Assembly: GCA_977016875.1 (NCBI GenBank)
Contig: CDRNST010000191.1
Coordinates: forward strand, 434,001-498,000
Source: Pavona decussata
Lineage: Eukaryota
Length of the DNA stretch: 64,000 nucleotides
Direction: 5' to 3'
Positions 29,001 to 42,268 of the stretch are shown one piece after another. The notes beneath the pieces are model-generated. The model did no database searches and was not told the DNA's origin. It saw nothing but the letters and a program-made list of their open reading frames with translations. The position numbers were made by a program, and so were the translations under genes. Numbering within the stretch: position 1 is the stretch's first letter; every line of letters starts with the position of its first letter.

Positions 29001-29311
29001 AGAATCAAGAAAGTTCAGGGAGTTCACATGATGAAGATGACGCCGAGGACGACAACGGAAAAGCCTCAGGGGAGACCAACAGTGTCGCCGAGCCAATCAA
29101 AATGGATGAAGATCCCAGAGGGGAGCCTGTGGTCGCTAAGATGGTTCATCAGCCAATCAAATTTAACGACGCTCCGGGGAAGAATGTAAAAATCGTGAAG
29201 CAGAAGAAAGTAGTGAAGGATGCAAAGCCAAAGGTTGAGAGGAAGAAAGTCTCTACAAAAATAAACAAAGATAAAGCAGTGAAGAAAGTCAAACACGTTA
29301 AGAAAGTATAA
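23176..29311 (+). CDS. Gene B: secreted ShKT-domain protein with Lys-rich/poly-Asp/Lys-rich tail (~387 aa, 8 coding exons)
   Basis: Exons 23176-23254 (MDKRQLLLAVVLSITCCVYAQQ, signal peptide), 24596-24691, 25047-25112, 25232-25270, 25911-25958, 26678-26794 (ShKT CEDYQPYCKNYALTNQCRDVWTQKNCRKSCKLC), 27866-28275 and ~29003-29311. All junctions are GT-AG, join in frame and contain no stops. The last acceptor is ambiguous by a codon. AATAAA at ~29462 and ~29977; probable 5'UTR exon donor at 21740. Confidence 0.8.
26270..26503. mobile_element. MITE with GGGGCC-type termini (PIF/Harbinger-like)
   Basis: ggggccgtttctcgaaagt...gtaactta and taagttac...actttcgagaaacgggcccc, ~40-bp imperfect TIRs. Confidence 0.7.
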
Positions 29312-32141
29312 AAAAGTTGACAAGCTGAAACAGATTTGAACATTTCCTGTTCAGAAACTTGGGGGACTGGGCACCAGCTTCTCACGCTAAGATACCTGAG
29401 ATAGTTTCCGCGGACGACAAGTTGCTGTCCATTGTCGTCAGAGCTGCGCATAAAACAGGGAAATAAAACAGTGAATTGTTACAATTTGTTGACGGCTTCT
29501 GTTTCTATCGGATTCTAATGAATCATGAAAACGCAAATTCTGGTTTAAAATGTAGTTTAAATTTAATTAATGGTCATTTTTGCACCTTTTTTTGCCTCCA
29601 TTTTGAATTTTTTCCCTCGTCAATGAAAAGAGCATCAGCAACTGACCAAGTTCCAAAAGCTATAAGCTGTTCCTTTTTTAGCTCTTCAGTGACCTTTGCA
29701 CATAATTATCAGTCTTTGGTTCTCTCAGTCGGCCCGGTTTCTCTTTCATGTTGAGCTGGGATTACATCAGATGAAATGTTAAATATAATTCTTATATAAA
29801 CAGAAATGTTCTATTATAGCGAAACTAAATTTTTAGCTAGATGGCTAAGTCTATAAGTGCTGTACAATGTTCTGTTTTGTTTCTTTCGTTCTAAGCTACT
29901 TATAACTTGAATAGAACTTCAAATTTTGAAGCTGTATGCTGCAACCTCTGTATTATGCAAAATAAGCCTTTTATGAAATAAATAAAATACTATTGACGTT
30001 ATCGATTTAATTGTTTTGGGCGTTTCTTCAAGGAAAGAAATATAAAAACACATTGTTGTAAACAGAACACGAATTTATATTTTCTTTTTCAAACTAAATG
30101 CTCGAACAAATTTTAGCGTTTGCCTCATTAAATGGCAGAAAGGCTTTGGGAAAAAGGGTGAGTTTTCGAGAAAAATTGGCTCAGAAAAGAGACAGCCTTG
30201 GGAATTATATGTCCCGGTCCTATACAACTGACAAAACTTAATATTTACATTCATACCCTAGAATCATAGGCCAAACATGAAATTAATGACTTAGGGGTTT
30301 AAGGGGAGGGAATGTTTGTTGACAAAATTCTACCTGGCATACATTTTCAGTTAATCCGTGACGTTTCATTTAGCTCCTCCCCAAAGTAACAAAGTTTGTA
30401 AAACGCACCTTTGGCGTTAACGGGACTAGTAAATACCTGTTTAATTTAGTAGACGTTATCAAGCCAGGCGTGATTACCCTACGGACGTAAGGTGTGTAAT
30501 GTTTTCAAGTAGTGTTCGATCTGATAACTTGTGAAATAGTTTTATCTGAGGCCCATTTAAAAGGACTAAAAATTCTTATAATTGTATTCCTAAATATAAT
30601 TTTTCAGGCTGTTTATTGTTTCTCTCTTATCAGCACTGCTCAGTCACTTTACTAGTTATGCAAGTGGCAGTATCATTATTCATTCGGCAATGAAATATGT
30701 GCGCGAGCTTAAAAAAAAAATAGTGGCTGTCTTAATGTATAGTTCAGTTATGCTACCCAAAAATCCACGAGACACAAGGCAGACCTGGTAGCAGCCTGTC
30801 TTTGACAGGAGCTGAAAGTTTTACGCGGGTTAATCACGAGAAGGTAGAAATGAAAGCGAAAGCCTTCAAACGACGAGGGCTCATCACAGCCTTGTTTCCC
30901 GCATAAGATACTCGCACAAAACCGTAAGAAGGACTCTTGATCCGTCGCAGGCTAAAGGAAAACCGAAAACGATGTTAACGCACCGGGATGTAGAAAATCA
31001 GTCAAAACTCCAACGCTTTTTCGTGCCTTCCTTATCCCAGAAGCCTCCCCTTATCTGGGCACCAAGATATCACTGTCATCTTCAGCATTCCCGTGCCCTT
31101 ACGACGAGCTTAGCCCATCTCTTTAAGACAGACAATTTACATAACATTTCCAAGGTCTTCATTACACTATCTAAAATCAAAAAGTATAATCTCCCCTTTA
31201 ATAAAATTTCTTTTGATAAGACATTTGAGAGAAAAATCCCAAAAAGTGTGAAATTCGATGTTTCGTAGGTTTAACGTGTCATGAAAAACTAGTGTACTAC
31301 ACAATCGTGAAAGCTTACATGAAGGTAAACAACAGTACACATAAGCCTGGTTAGCTTTGGAATCCAGCGGTCACTCACATGAAATTAAAAAAGGAAGTTA
31401 CTAAACTGATCGTTTGATCGCCTCGTTTTGGTACCTTTTTGGCGTAAAACCGCTGAATTAAAAGCTAATCTGCAACAGCAGTAATTCAAAAAGCTGTTGA
31501 AATTATTGTTTTTAAATCTTATCATATTTTTGAAATTCAAAACAAAGTCACAGAGGGGCCGTTGGCAATTTTCTATATGTCTTCTTCATAACGATAAAAT
31601 TTACAGGTAAGTGAAAATCTGTTTAACAAGCCACTTTATAAGTTACCTATTGTTCTGAGTTGAAAAGCTTACATCTGGTCACGTTGTCAGACAGAGGGGA
31701 AAAAAGACTGGCCAAATATGATTCTGTCTTTCATGTCATTGCTTTTTAATGTTTTGATCGACGAGTTGCCTTTCGAAAATCCCTATTAGATATAAAAATA
31801 GCGTGTTTTGAGAAATTACAAATGGGATAAACTGATCGTAACGTCGCAATTGAGAGAGAACAATTCGTACTGGATGACTCTTATCTCTTACAATAGTTAG
31901 ACTACCGATATTGTAAATGCTCTACCTTAAGCCCAAGAAGTTGTTGCTGTTACTTATTTTTCGTTCTAGTTAAAACGGTGCTAACTGGGAAAAATAAATC
32001 AGGATTTACAAATGTATCTTTTGAGATGTAAAACGGAACTAACCTATGGTGATCGTTTGCCTGCAAACGGATCACGTTATTTAGCGGCTAAGGCTTAAGC
32101 ACCAGCATATAACCTGTTCTACGTCTGTTAAATAGAAAACG

Positions 32142-35100
32142 ATGAAGTTGACGAGGTCTGGATACGGCTCAAAAGCCTTATTAGTGCTTATTTGCCTTGG
32201 AATACAGCACGGACTCTTAGACGCCAAAGGTAAATACGAGTTTTATCGACTGATGCCTTACACATTGATTTAATTCAATTAGCAAGTTTACTGACTATGT
32301 TGATTCCCTCTCTTACTATAGCCCGCTATAGCCCACATTTGATTTATTTTAAAGCATAAGAATTTAATTTAAGGAAAAATGTAAAATAACACGGCCAAAG
32401 CTAACGCGGATCTGTACGGAGCGTTTGTCTACGTTCAGTGAAGCGGGGATTTTTGTCATGCAGGATTTCATCGAGTATTGTGAGATTCATTGTTCTACCG
32501 ATCAAATTTTTCTTTTCGTTGTTTTAAATATTTTATGAAGGTAGTTAAACCGTGTTTTGAAGGAACAACACCTGTTTTTGTTGAAAAGTCTTGGGGAGCG
32601 TCACCTGTTCCCGCCTAAATTTTTTTCAAAAACATTAAACAGTTTCATCTCCAAAAGCATCGGAAACGAGCAAAAAAGTTTTATTTGTATTTCCAGTTTC
32701 AAATCGAAAAACAAAAATTAAGCACCAAGTAATTGTAGTGCTCAATTGCTTCTTCTTTAAGATTGCACATGATAACGCGCTCAAAACTTATTATTGTTTT
32801 CAAGAGTCATTGTATCCAAAGTGCAATTTGTCAAATCGCTCAGTTAGGACTTGTACTTGATCAAAAGGTCCTGTTGACTTCATGAGAATTGTTGTATTAC
32901 CAGTACTGTTATTTATTTGAATATGTTGTCCAGTGCTTTTCCAATTTCGACATCAGGGCCAAAAGAACCTGGCCCTGAGGACGAACACTGGCGAGAGACG
33001 ACGAAAATTAACGAGAGTTGGCGAAAACCTTATGGTATGAAGACCTATAAGAGTGTACGATCGTTCATGATCAAGACTTTCAAACCAAACAAGAGAGGAA
33101 ATTTCAGCTTCCATCCATTCCAATACTGAAATAAGACAGATGAGAGCATAACGATTTCCGGTCAGAGCAAAACGAGAGATATTGAAACCCACTAAACCAG
33201 AGTACAAGAGCCTGAACTATCGACAGCTCTCTCTACTGATACCCCAGTTTCAGCTGTTTCTGAGCACCGCATTGATCACGAAAATTACAAGGGTACTTGT
33301 TCACTCGTTAGGGGGCATTTCTTTTTCAGACAAGCACCTGCGCATTTTCAATAAAAACATAAAGTAAAGACGTTTATATATTTTTGCCGTTATTGAATGT
33401 AATATTATTAAATGTATTAAAGGTGATTTTTAGCTTGCCTATTTATTTCTATTCTACTGGCTACAACACCGGTTTGTATGGTTAATGTGGATTTTATTGT
33501 ATGAATGAGTCTAGGTCTAGAGATTCTTGTGAACATCAGATTATTTTACTTTGATTTCTTTTCTTCTATAGCCATCAAGAAATCAAAACATGGTGTTCAT
33601 AAAAGTGGAAGTAAAAAGAACAATGGTAATTGTGAACCCATGTCTATCAGCAAATACCCTCAACATTTTATCTTGTATCCAGGGTCTTATTTTAGAGGGG
33701 GATGAGGCGGGTAATTGGGGATAGAGCGTTTATTCCTGATTTGATATGAGCATTTGACAATGCCAAAGCAAAAGCGAGTCCCTATAGCTATCTATCCACC
33801 TCATCCCGTCTGAAATAAATCCGTTGATCAGAAGTAGATTTGAGTTGAAACAGCCACGAAAAACTCTTAAGAATTCTCAGTTTGAAAGAACACGTTAATA
33901 GCCCATTTTACAGTTGTGTGCTAAGTGACCTGGTCTTGAATTGAAAGCGAGACTGGGGTTGACCTTGTTTTGATACAAACCTCACTGCTTTTCATATGTA
34001 GATCACACTGTTCTTATGCTAACTAGTTTGCATTTACATATGAAAAGCAGTGAGGTCTGTATCAAAACAAGGTCAACCCCAGCCTCGCTTCCAATTCAAG
34101 ACCAGGTCACTAAGCACACAACTGTAAAATGGCCTGTTAAGCGGAAAATTTAGGTAGCTTCTGAAAACATAACAACTTAATTGCTCTTCAACTTTTATGC
34201 GTTACTTTCTGAATATAACTTCTAAGGACGCAACGTAGTTTTTCCCCAAAATGTTAGTCACTTCACTTGTTTTGCTATTAGAAAGGAATCATCTCACTTG
34301 AGAACATTTGCTCGTGAACTAGACGCTATTGGTATTATCGACATTGAACTTGGACTAGCTGAAACGATTCTCCCATGAAAGCCTCGTTTGCGGGCTAATT
34401 CCAGTTCAATAAGGAAAATATGAATACGGTCTATTAAAAGTGGTGTAAGGAAGATATCACGGCCTATTAAGCACCCTGGTTGATCTTTGATATCCCGATT
34501 TTCACAGCTCCAAAAGGCAACTTCTGTGTGAACCACTCGTACTGCGTCAAATACAGTGATCTGGACTGCGCTTCAGAATGGGTTCAATTGAATTGTCCCA
34601 GGATGTGCAGGCTCTGCGAATACGAGGGTGAGTAGTAACGCACGCTTGATACACCGTAAGCTTGCAAGCAAACCAAACTGGTCAAAGACCAAGAAAATAG
34701 ATATGGAAATACTGTCTGGCATATGGTCAAAATTTTGGGAGAAAAAAATTAGAGTGGAGACATAAGCAGTAGGTAAAATCAGTAAACGGAATAGCCAATG
34801 GATATGTTTGAATTATTTATTTTTTTAAATTTGTCTTTTATTAATTTCTATTCTCATTTGTGATAATTATACGGATACCAATTTACAATTTGATTTAAAA
34901 ATAGTAAACGCTAATAAAGCTGTGCATACATTTCGTTGCAAAAAAGATTCACAACGCACTTCCAAATAAATATGATGAATACGGTAAGAATACATCTATA
35001 AGTTACTCATCACTACAAACTTGCCTCGTTTCAGAATATGATTGTATTTTATCGTATAATTAGATTGAGCAATTTTCATTTCCATGTTGAAATAAACTGA

Positions 35101-38100
35101 TAACCTTTCATTTTCGATGGTATAACTGACGCTCTCCTAAACGTAGGGGCCGACATTATGAAGCTTCCAGCAGTCCTGTACTTCAAGCAGGGAAACAAGA
35201 AGCATGGAATCTCTGGCAAGAAACTGAAACCCAAGAGCAAACACGCGTCCAAAGCTAAAGTTGTTGAGAAGCGAGACGAGGGAGATAGACGAGACGTGGT
35301 CTTCCTCAACAAGCCATACGATTATGCTCCTACAAAGCAGTCCCCTACCACCACTTACAACTTGTTTGACTACAAAAGCAATTACAGAAACTGGCTTTTC
35401 CTGTATCCCGACGAGCACCCCGTCCATATGCGATATGTTGACCAGGGGAAAAAGGCCGATACTAATCAGCAAACAGCTGGACAGCAGCAGGCTGGTGCTA
35501 CTCAGGATGCTGCTGGAGCTCCAGTGGCTGCCGCTGGTGCTGCTGCACCCATGGTAGCTCCTGCTGCCGCTGCTGCAGCTCAGCCAGCTGCACCCGTTGC
35601 AACAGCCCCTGTAGCTCCTGCTGTGGCTCAGCCAGCTGCACCCGCAGCAGCTGCTCCAGCTACTGCCGCTGCTCCAGTAGTACCTCAAGTAGAACAGGCT
35701 GCAGCAGCACCAGTCGCAGCTCAACAACCCGTGGCAGCTGCTGAGCAGCCATTGGCTGGTGCCCAAGCAGCATTCACAAATCAGGCACCGGTAGCCACCC
35801 CTGTTGCTGAAAACCAGACCATCGAGCTAATCAATCAAACAGTTTCCTTGGCAACCAACAAGACCCAGCAACCAGTTGTCGGAGTTGGCGCGGTCGGCTT
35901 TGAACCAACTGTTGCCAATGTGACTCAGACAAGTCAGGCGGTTACGGACGGAGCTACTGTGCAGGGATTTGAGGCAGGAAACAGTAACTCTAACAAGACT
36001 GTCGCTGCAGGTAATGATCGATCTAACATTCGTTTTCTGTTTATTTCGCTGTCTCAAACAATTAGGTCTTACCTTAGTTCTACGCCATTACAGATCATTT
36101 GATTCATCATTACATTTCCTCGACATCATTTGTTTAAGCACCTTTATCAGGAACTAAAAGACAGGATAATTGAGTCTATTTTCTTGAGAAAACTTCGACA
36201 GGCCTTTCAACTGATTGCAGTATGATACCTTTTAAAAATCATTAAGAATGGAAGCAATCGAGAATGAATCGTAGCAAAGAAAAACCCAATCGCATAATTT
36301 TCATGGTGAAGTTAATGACTTGTAAGGATATTTGTCCAGAAACGTGTCTTAAACACTCAACAAAAGGGAGTCTTCATGAAGTAAATCTGAATAAAATATG
36401 TGAAATTCCAAAGGTTTTACTTCAAGAACAACTGGTAACTTAATTTTCTAAAAAAACCTCTGAAGTCTTATTTAGGAAAGGGGTTGGGGGTGTGGGGTTA
36501 TCGGCAACGGAAGGAATAAAAGGTCGGCTATTGAAACAATCTTGTTTTATATGAATAAAGCGAATCCACAAATGCTCATGTTTTTCTTACACAAGGTAAC
36601 ATCACATCACAAAATCAATCTCAATCACTGGACGAAACACAAACATTCTTCATCCATCAGCCAAACTCATCCAAACCACTTGCACAATTGCAATCCGAAG
36701 CGCAGACACAATCACAAGCAACACAACTGCAATCACTTGATGCATCAATGCTGCATCACGAGGAAGCATCCATGGTAGAATCATTGAACACATCACCTCC
36801 CCGTCCTCCTCCGCTACCATCTTCACTACACGCGTCATCAGAGGAGGTAACGTCTCAAAATACACTTCATGTTGATAACACGGATGCGTCCAGTGAAATG
36901 CACGGGAATCTTAACCCTAATGCTGCGAGTGTGACTTTGTCTGGCCCAGGTACCGTGGATCTCACAACAACTGGCCAGAGCTTTACTCAGGATGTCATGG
37001 TTGATTCTGATGGTGCTGCCCAGACACCCTGGACATGCTGTAAAAATGTGAAGCCACCCAAGGATTGCAAACCCTGTCCCAAGCTTCCCAAGGCCCCGCC
37101 AAGTGAGTATAACACAACTAAAAATTCTCCCTTTTACCCTTTACTACGATGTCGAAAATGTGGCTTTAAATGCCACTGTTGTTCTTTCAAGACTCATTCA
37201 TTGCTTTTCCTCTTGTGTTTTTTAGTGCCTTATGTGTTCAACCTCTACTGTGATGACGTGTACAAGGACTGTGCTTATGGATACTCCAACTGCAATGACA
37301 CCTGGTGGCAGATTAACTGTCCCAAAACATGTGACCTGTGCAAAGGTAATGACTATTTCTTCCTGCTTGTGTGCGCCATAAAACCTATGTAAAATCTTTC
37401 ACCCTGAATCCAATTTTCACTTTACCAACAGTCTGTCTAGTTTAGAGGTACGAGGTCAAAATACACACAACATATTAACTGGCAGTATGACTCTATGAGG
37501 GATACTTAGTCACTACTTAATTTCACTTGACAGGGAGACTGTTATAAACTTTGAATTTCTTCGAATAAAGGCCGATTTTTGCTGTAGAGAAACAACGCAA
37601 TAGCATCCACCCAGTTTCTTGGCGGCTGTTTCAGCCGTTCAGTAAATCGATTGGTTTGTATAGCGGGACTCCAGTCCTAGTGCGACAACAAAGCGAACTG
37701 ATATGACGCTAAAAAGGTGCGAGGAGGAAGTACAGTCTTTGCTTTGGTATTCACAGATGCATTTTAAGACCATAATGTGATTCGAAGGGCTACGTTCGTT
37801 TCGGACCTGTCTCCATTACCAAAAGGCTAGGGGTCTTAACGTAACGTGTACCGTAAGGTCGACTTGTCGGCGATCCGTGTGCAAGATTCGTAGACCACAA
37901 CTTCGAATACCGCCAAGAGCCAAGGGAAATTATAATAACAATTTGTCAACTGCTAGTAACAAAGTAGAATTGCTCGATAGAACTTCGTCAACTGTGACTA
38001 CAAAGCAAAAATAAGTTTAAAAAAAATAATTAAAGCAGAACAAAACAGGTCAAGACAAAAGGAAGTGATACTACAATGGAACGCCAACGATACAAAAACA

Positions 38101-40186
38101 CACAAAGGGAAATTCTGTCAATGAAACAAACTCATGTTTATAAATATCGCAAAATTATAATTTCCAGCAAAGGACAAAGTAAAAGCGCCAACGACCAAGC
38201 AAATTTTACCAAAGGAGGTAAAGGACCTTGAAAACTCAGAGCTGGAATCGGATCTGGTTGCACCCGTTCCTGGAGACAAGCCCCTGGTTGCTAAGTACAC
38301 CTTGCGAGTTAAGCCCAAACTTCTGAATGGTGTGCCTCAAATGCAGGAGATCCGCATTATGCCTCCGAACAAGTCTGGAGCTTCAGGATTTGTTAAACCA
38401 CTCATGGTTTTGAAACAGAACATCACAAAGCCTATGATCGAGAATATCGAGATTGACGTGCCAAAGAAAGGAGCGAAGTTCAGCCGTAAACCGAGTGTGG
38501 AGGTGATTGAAGGTGATCGCAAAGAAATGCTGCAAGTCCACAAAGGACAGGCAATAGTAGAGGACCCTGCAATACAAAAGTCAAATACGGAAACTGAAGG
38601 TATGTCGGGAACTGACTAAAACAAGCAATGAATTTACTCGAATAAACGCATATTCACACGTGACAAATGAAATTAATGCTTGTTGGAAAGTCGATTAACG
38701 CTAAGCTGAGATTAAATGTAAAGCCGGATGCTGTTCGTGTTCAAGAGTACGGGCCTTATTTTGGCCGAAATGTTTTTCCGGTTAATAGGGTAAAATGAAA
38801 CTCTGAAATAGTAAGCAGCATGCATTGAATATCTGAAAAGGCATGCAATCTCCTATATCTCAAGAATAGACTTTTATCGGGTTTTTCTTTTTGTTGTTGT
38901 TTCTGCTTCCTAAAAAAGGAACATCTTTATCGAGAAAACCACCTTCACCTAGGGTGCTCAAAAATACGAATCCTTAAAAAGATAGAAAAGAATAAACCGA
39001 TGAAAATAATTAAATTAAGAGTCTGCGCCATAGCTCCAATGGTATTGAATTGTCTAGTATGAGCACTGTTTAGCTTCACGCAAGTAATACAGTGGAAACC
39101 TACCTTAAAGCTATCGCCCTCTCTAAGGAGAGAATCAGGTCATTACTTTAACAGGGGCCGTTACTGTCAGGATTTACAATCAACCGTCAAATTTAATCAC
39201 TAATTTAAGCGCTCGGTTATCATTAGTTATTGTTGCTGTGCAAACATTACGGTACTTTTCTCTCAAATGTTATTAGCACCCCAGGAAACCCAGCCTGTAA
39301 ATGAGGCAGAAGATGCAACAGTACAATCCTCCTCAACACCGGCAGCCCAACAAAACATAGCAACAACCACGATAGAGCAGACTCAGTCCTCCCCTGCCAC
39401 CACAACCGAGCAGGACTCAGCCACTCAAACTTCTACAGATCAGACCCAGTCCTCCGCAGAAACATCCACAGCTCAGACTCAGTCCACCCCTACCAAAGAA
39501 TCTTCCACAGCTCAGACCCAGTCTATCCCCACCACTGAAACCTCCACAGCGCAGACGCAGTCCACCCCCACCACAGAAACTTCGACAGCTCAAACCCAGT
39601 CTACCCCCGCCACAGAAACCTCTGCCCAGAGCACAGCATCATATTACCCAGATACTCAGTACCAGTCCTCTGTTGCTGCTCCAGCTGCACAGACTGCTGC
39701 CTATAGCAACAGTAAGTTTGTTATTTTGATTAAATTCCTTACCTCCTCCCTTACCTCTTCTAAAAAATGCTTCACTTATTTTTTGGCTTTGGTCACACGG
39801 ACTCAACAATGCAGAGCTTAGAATACCCCAAATACAAGAAAATTAACAATATCTTAACACTCTACAACAGCCCCTCTAGGATACAATTTACTGATTCTTG
39901 TCATAGACATAGCTTTTATGGGGAAACTTTTTAATTAAAATGTTTTGAGTGAACGAATGGGCTATGGCGACAATCCGGTATGGCAGTTAGTGGTTGTTTT
40001 AGGAGGGCTGTTAAGGCTGTTGCCCATCCAACCCTTCATTGTAATTCTTGCTCGACCAATCTTTTTGTTGTTGTTCTTGTAGCCGAGACTTGCTCTGATG
40101 ACAGTAGATGTGAAACATACACTGAAAACCAATGCGCAAATGCCTGGCTAATGGAGAACTGCAAAAGCAAGTGTAAACTGTGCTAA
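32142..40186 (+). CDS. Gene C: large secreted multi-ShKT mucin-like protein (~933 aa, 10 coding exons)
   Basis: Exons 32142-32229 (MKLTRSGYGSKALLVLICLGIQHGLLDAK, signal peptide), 32957-33034, 33572-33625, 34508-34627 (ShKT CVNHSYCVKYSDLDCASEWVQLNCPRMCRLC), 35147-36010 (Lys-rich, Tyr-rich, Ala/Pro/Gln-rich), 36596-37102, 37226-37345 (ShKT CDDVYKDCAYGYSNCNDTWWQINCPKTCDLC), 38168-38599, 39277-39711 (T/S/Q repeats) and 40083-40186 (ShKT CSDDSRCETYTENQCANAWLMENCKSKCKLC, stop). All introns are phase 1 GT-AG. 3'UTR intron 40194-40525; AATAAA 40974. Confidence 0.8.
33897..34138. mobile_element. Palindromic MITE (~100-bp arms) in a gene C intron
   Basis: ccattttacagttgtgtgct...ttttcatatgta is mirrored almost perfectly by tacatatgaaaag...gcacacaactgtaaaatgg. 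Confidence 0.8.
39459..39629 (+). repeat. Coding tandem repeat, 39 bp/13 aa x~4.4 (ETSTAQTQSTPTT) in gene C
   Basis: Units start at 39459, 39498, 39537, 39576 and 39615. Confidence 0.85.
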
Positions 40187-42084
40187 GATAAAGGTAAGAA
40201 ATGCTTTGTATTGATAAAATGAGACGGAAACACTCTTGGCGTATTCAGGAGGGGTGAGTATAAAGTGGCTGTGAAAACAAGGAATTTCATAAATTCATGA
40301 ACCATAATACGACTTAGCTAGGAAAATCAATTTTGAGTAACGACTTAAAATCATGTGTCGTTCCGGTAACAACTTTCAAATGAAACAGCTGCAAACATGT
40401 AAAAGAAAAGGAAGGAACAGGTATTGTAGTGGATAGGTGGCGAGAGGGAATAGGTACAAGGAATTGAGGACAGCCTTGAAAATCAAGTCAATATAGTAAC
40501 CGATATATTTTCTATTCTTTTCCAGGTTTCTGATGCTATAATTAACAACTCAAAGATGACAACTGGGGTCACGTGACTCGTCAGCATTAAGAGTGGTCTC
40601 TATACTGAGTGTAGATAACACCAACTTAACAAAGAGTCAATACTCGATGCCAATTGAGAACTGTATACACTTTGGGTTTATGATTTGGTTGAAAAAAAAT
40701 TCACTTATGAATTAATTGTTCTACTTCGATTCGGCTATCTTCAGGGAGCTGTTTGTAGTATATTTTCTCAATCTTAGGTGTTAGATAAAACAGCTATTTA
40801 TTTTAGTATAGCAAGTATTTCATGTAAGATGTATGAAACTCAGTTTAGTGATTAAGCAGATGTAGCAGAGATAAGGTAATCAAAGCACAAGTCAGTTTTA
40901 TGTACATGCTGTGCCTATCGCTCTTGTATTTCAAAACTATTTCTTTTCTTGTGAAATGCATGAGCATTCTTTAAATAAAGATCGTCCTGTAAAAGTTGTG
41001 GCTCATTTTACTCTATTTTACTCGCTCCACCAAGAGAAAGTGGACTAATGTTAAGACCAACAAGCAATGCATACAACCAACTCGATATTTGTTGTGGGAG
41101 AAACACTCTTGAAGCAGTATGAACATTTGATATTTTGCTATGACTGTTTGTTTATTCAAGAACTGAGCATGCTCCATATGTTTCTCGAACGTTCTGTTAC
41201 AATAATGTTTCGTGACGTAGGGACAATAGAACAAGTTTTATACTGGACAAATAGGTTACCTTTTTTAGAAAAATCTTTGGATTATATAAGCAGCCGCATT
41301 TCTCCAGTTCTCTCTCCTTTTTCGTCGGTCATCGATCTGTTACGGAGTTCTCTTAAGATTTGCTCGTAAATAAACTAAAAGTTGTGTTTGCAGACTTGGG
41401 GAGCTCTTTGCATGTTCTATAACGGTTATTTTTTAGAAGTAATCGGTTATTTCCGTAGTGTTTGGTTCATGGCAAGCGCATGCGCTACTGCACCAACACA
41501 AGTGGCGTGTGTATCGGTAAATATCGTGTTTGAATATTATTGGTTCGATCACACGGGTCACATTAAATTGACGTATGATCAACATCCAACTTCTCCTGAA
41601 AGCCTTACATAAAACTTCTGCAGTTGTGTTACAGCGAACATGGTTTGAAAAACGACGTTTTGTTTTATTTTCGCATATCACCTGCTTTTGTTCGTAAAAA
41701 AATGGATTCTATTTTTTAAGGTCCGGTTGAGAAATGAATCCACAGCTTGCCATATTAAATTTCCAAGAAATACCCCAAAAATCTCATTACTTTGCTAATG
41801 TATTTTTATTTCTCGAGAAAAAGGTCACCCAAACAAAAATAAACTGGTAGTCATGATTTCATCGAAAGGACTCACAGTTAATTAGTTAATGTCTTCAGTT
41901 AGTCCGGAAGGCTTGAAAATTTAACCTGTCGAGTTAGAGCTGTATCTACACTCTTCGTCAGCCGTTAAAAATTTGCGACGAGGCTCGATTTCATCGGAGT
42001 AAAATTAGGTTTACTCTCAGCACACTAACATTTCTACCAACAAAAGTCAGGTCAGATTTCTAAATAGGACATACGTAATATACG

Positions 42085-42094
42085 TATATATAGA
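42085..42094 (+). promoter_or_regulatory. Putative TATA box of gene D
   Basis: TATATATAGA ~180 bp upstream of the ATG at 42269. Confidence 0.45.
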
Positions 42095-42268
42095 AAGCAC
42101 AGTGCGGGTCTTTAAAGCATCTATCAAGCATTGTTTTCCAGCTCATTAGGCAGAAAGGTCACCAGTTAAAGCTTCCTAGCATTTTCTTGACCTTACGTGT
42201 GTAAGGGCGCTTTTGAAGAGGCAATACATTACTCAAACACAGAGCGTTCCGTCAGTTTCCTTTTAAAC

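Noticed and set aside
34540-34548. Lys-Tyr in the first ShKT of gene C as a Kv-blocking dyad
   Set aside because: It lies between Cys2 and Cys3, not between Cys3 and Cys4 as in ShK.
35137-35766. 209-aa Ser/Cys-rich minus-strand ORF (and similar ones at 28026, 44018, 45051, 61189)
   Set aside because: Antisense shadows of low-complexity + strand exons.
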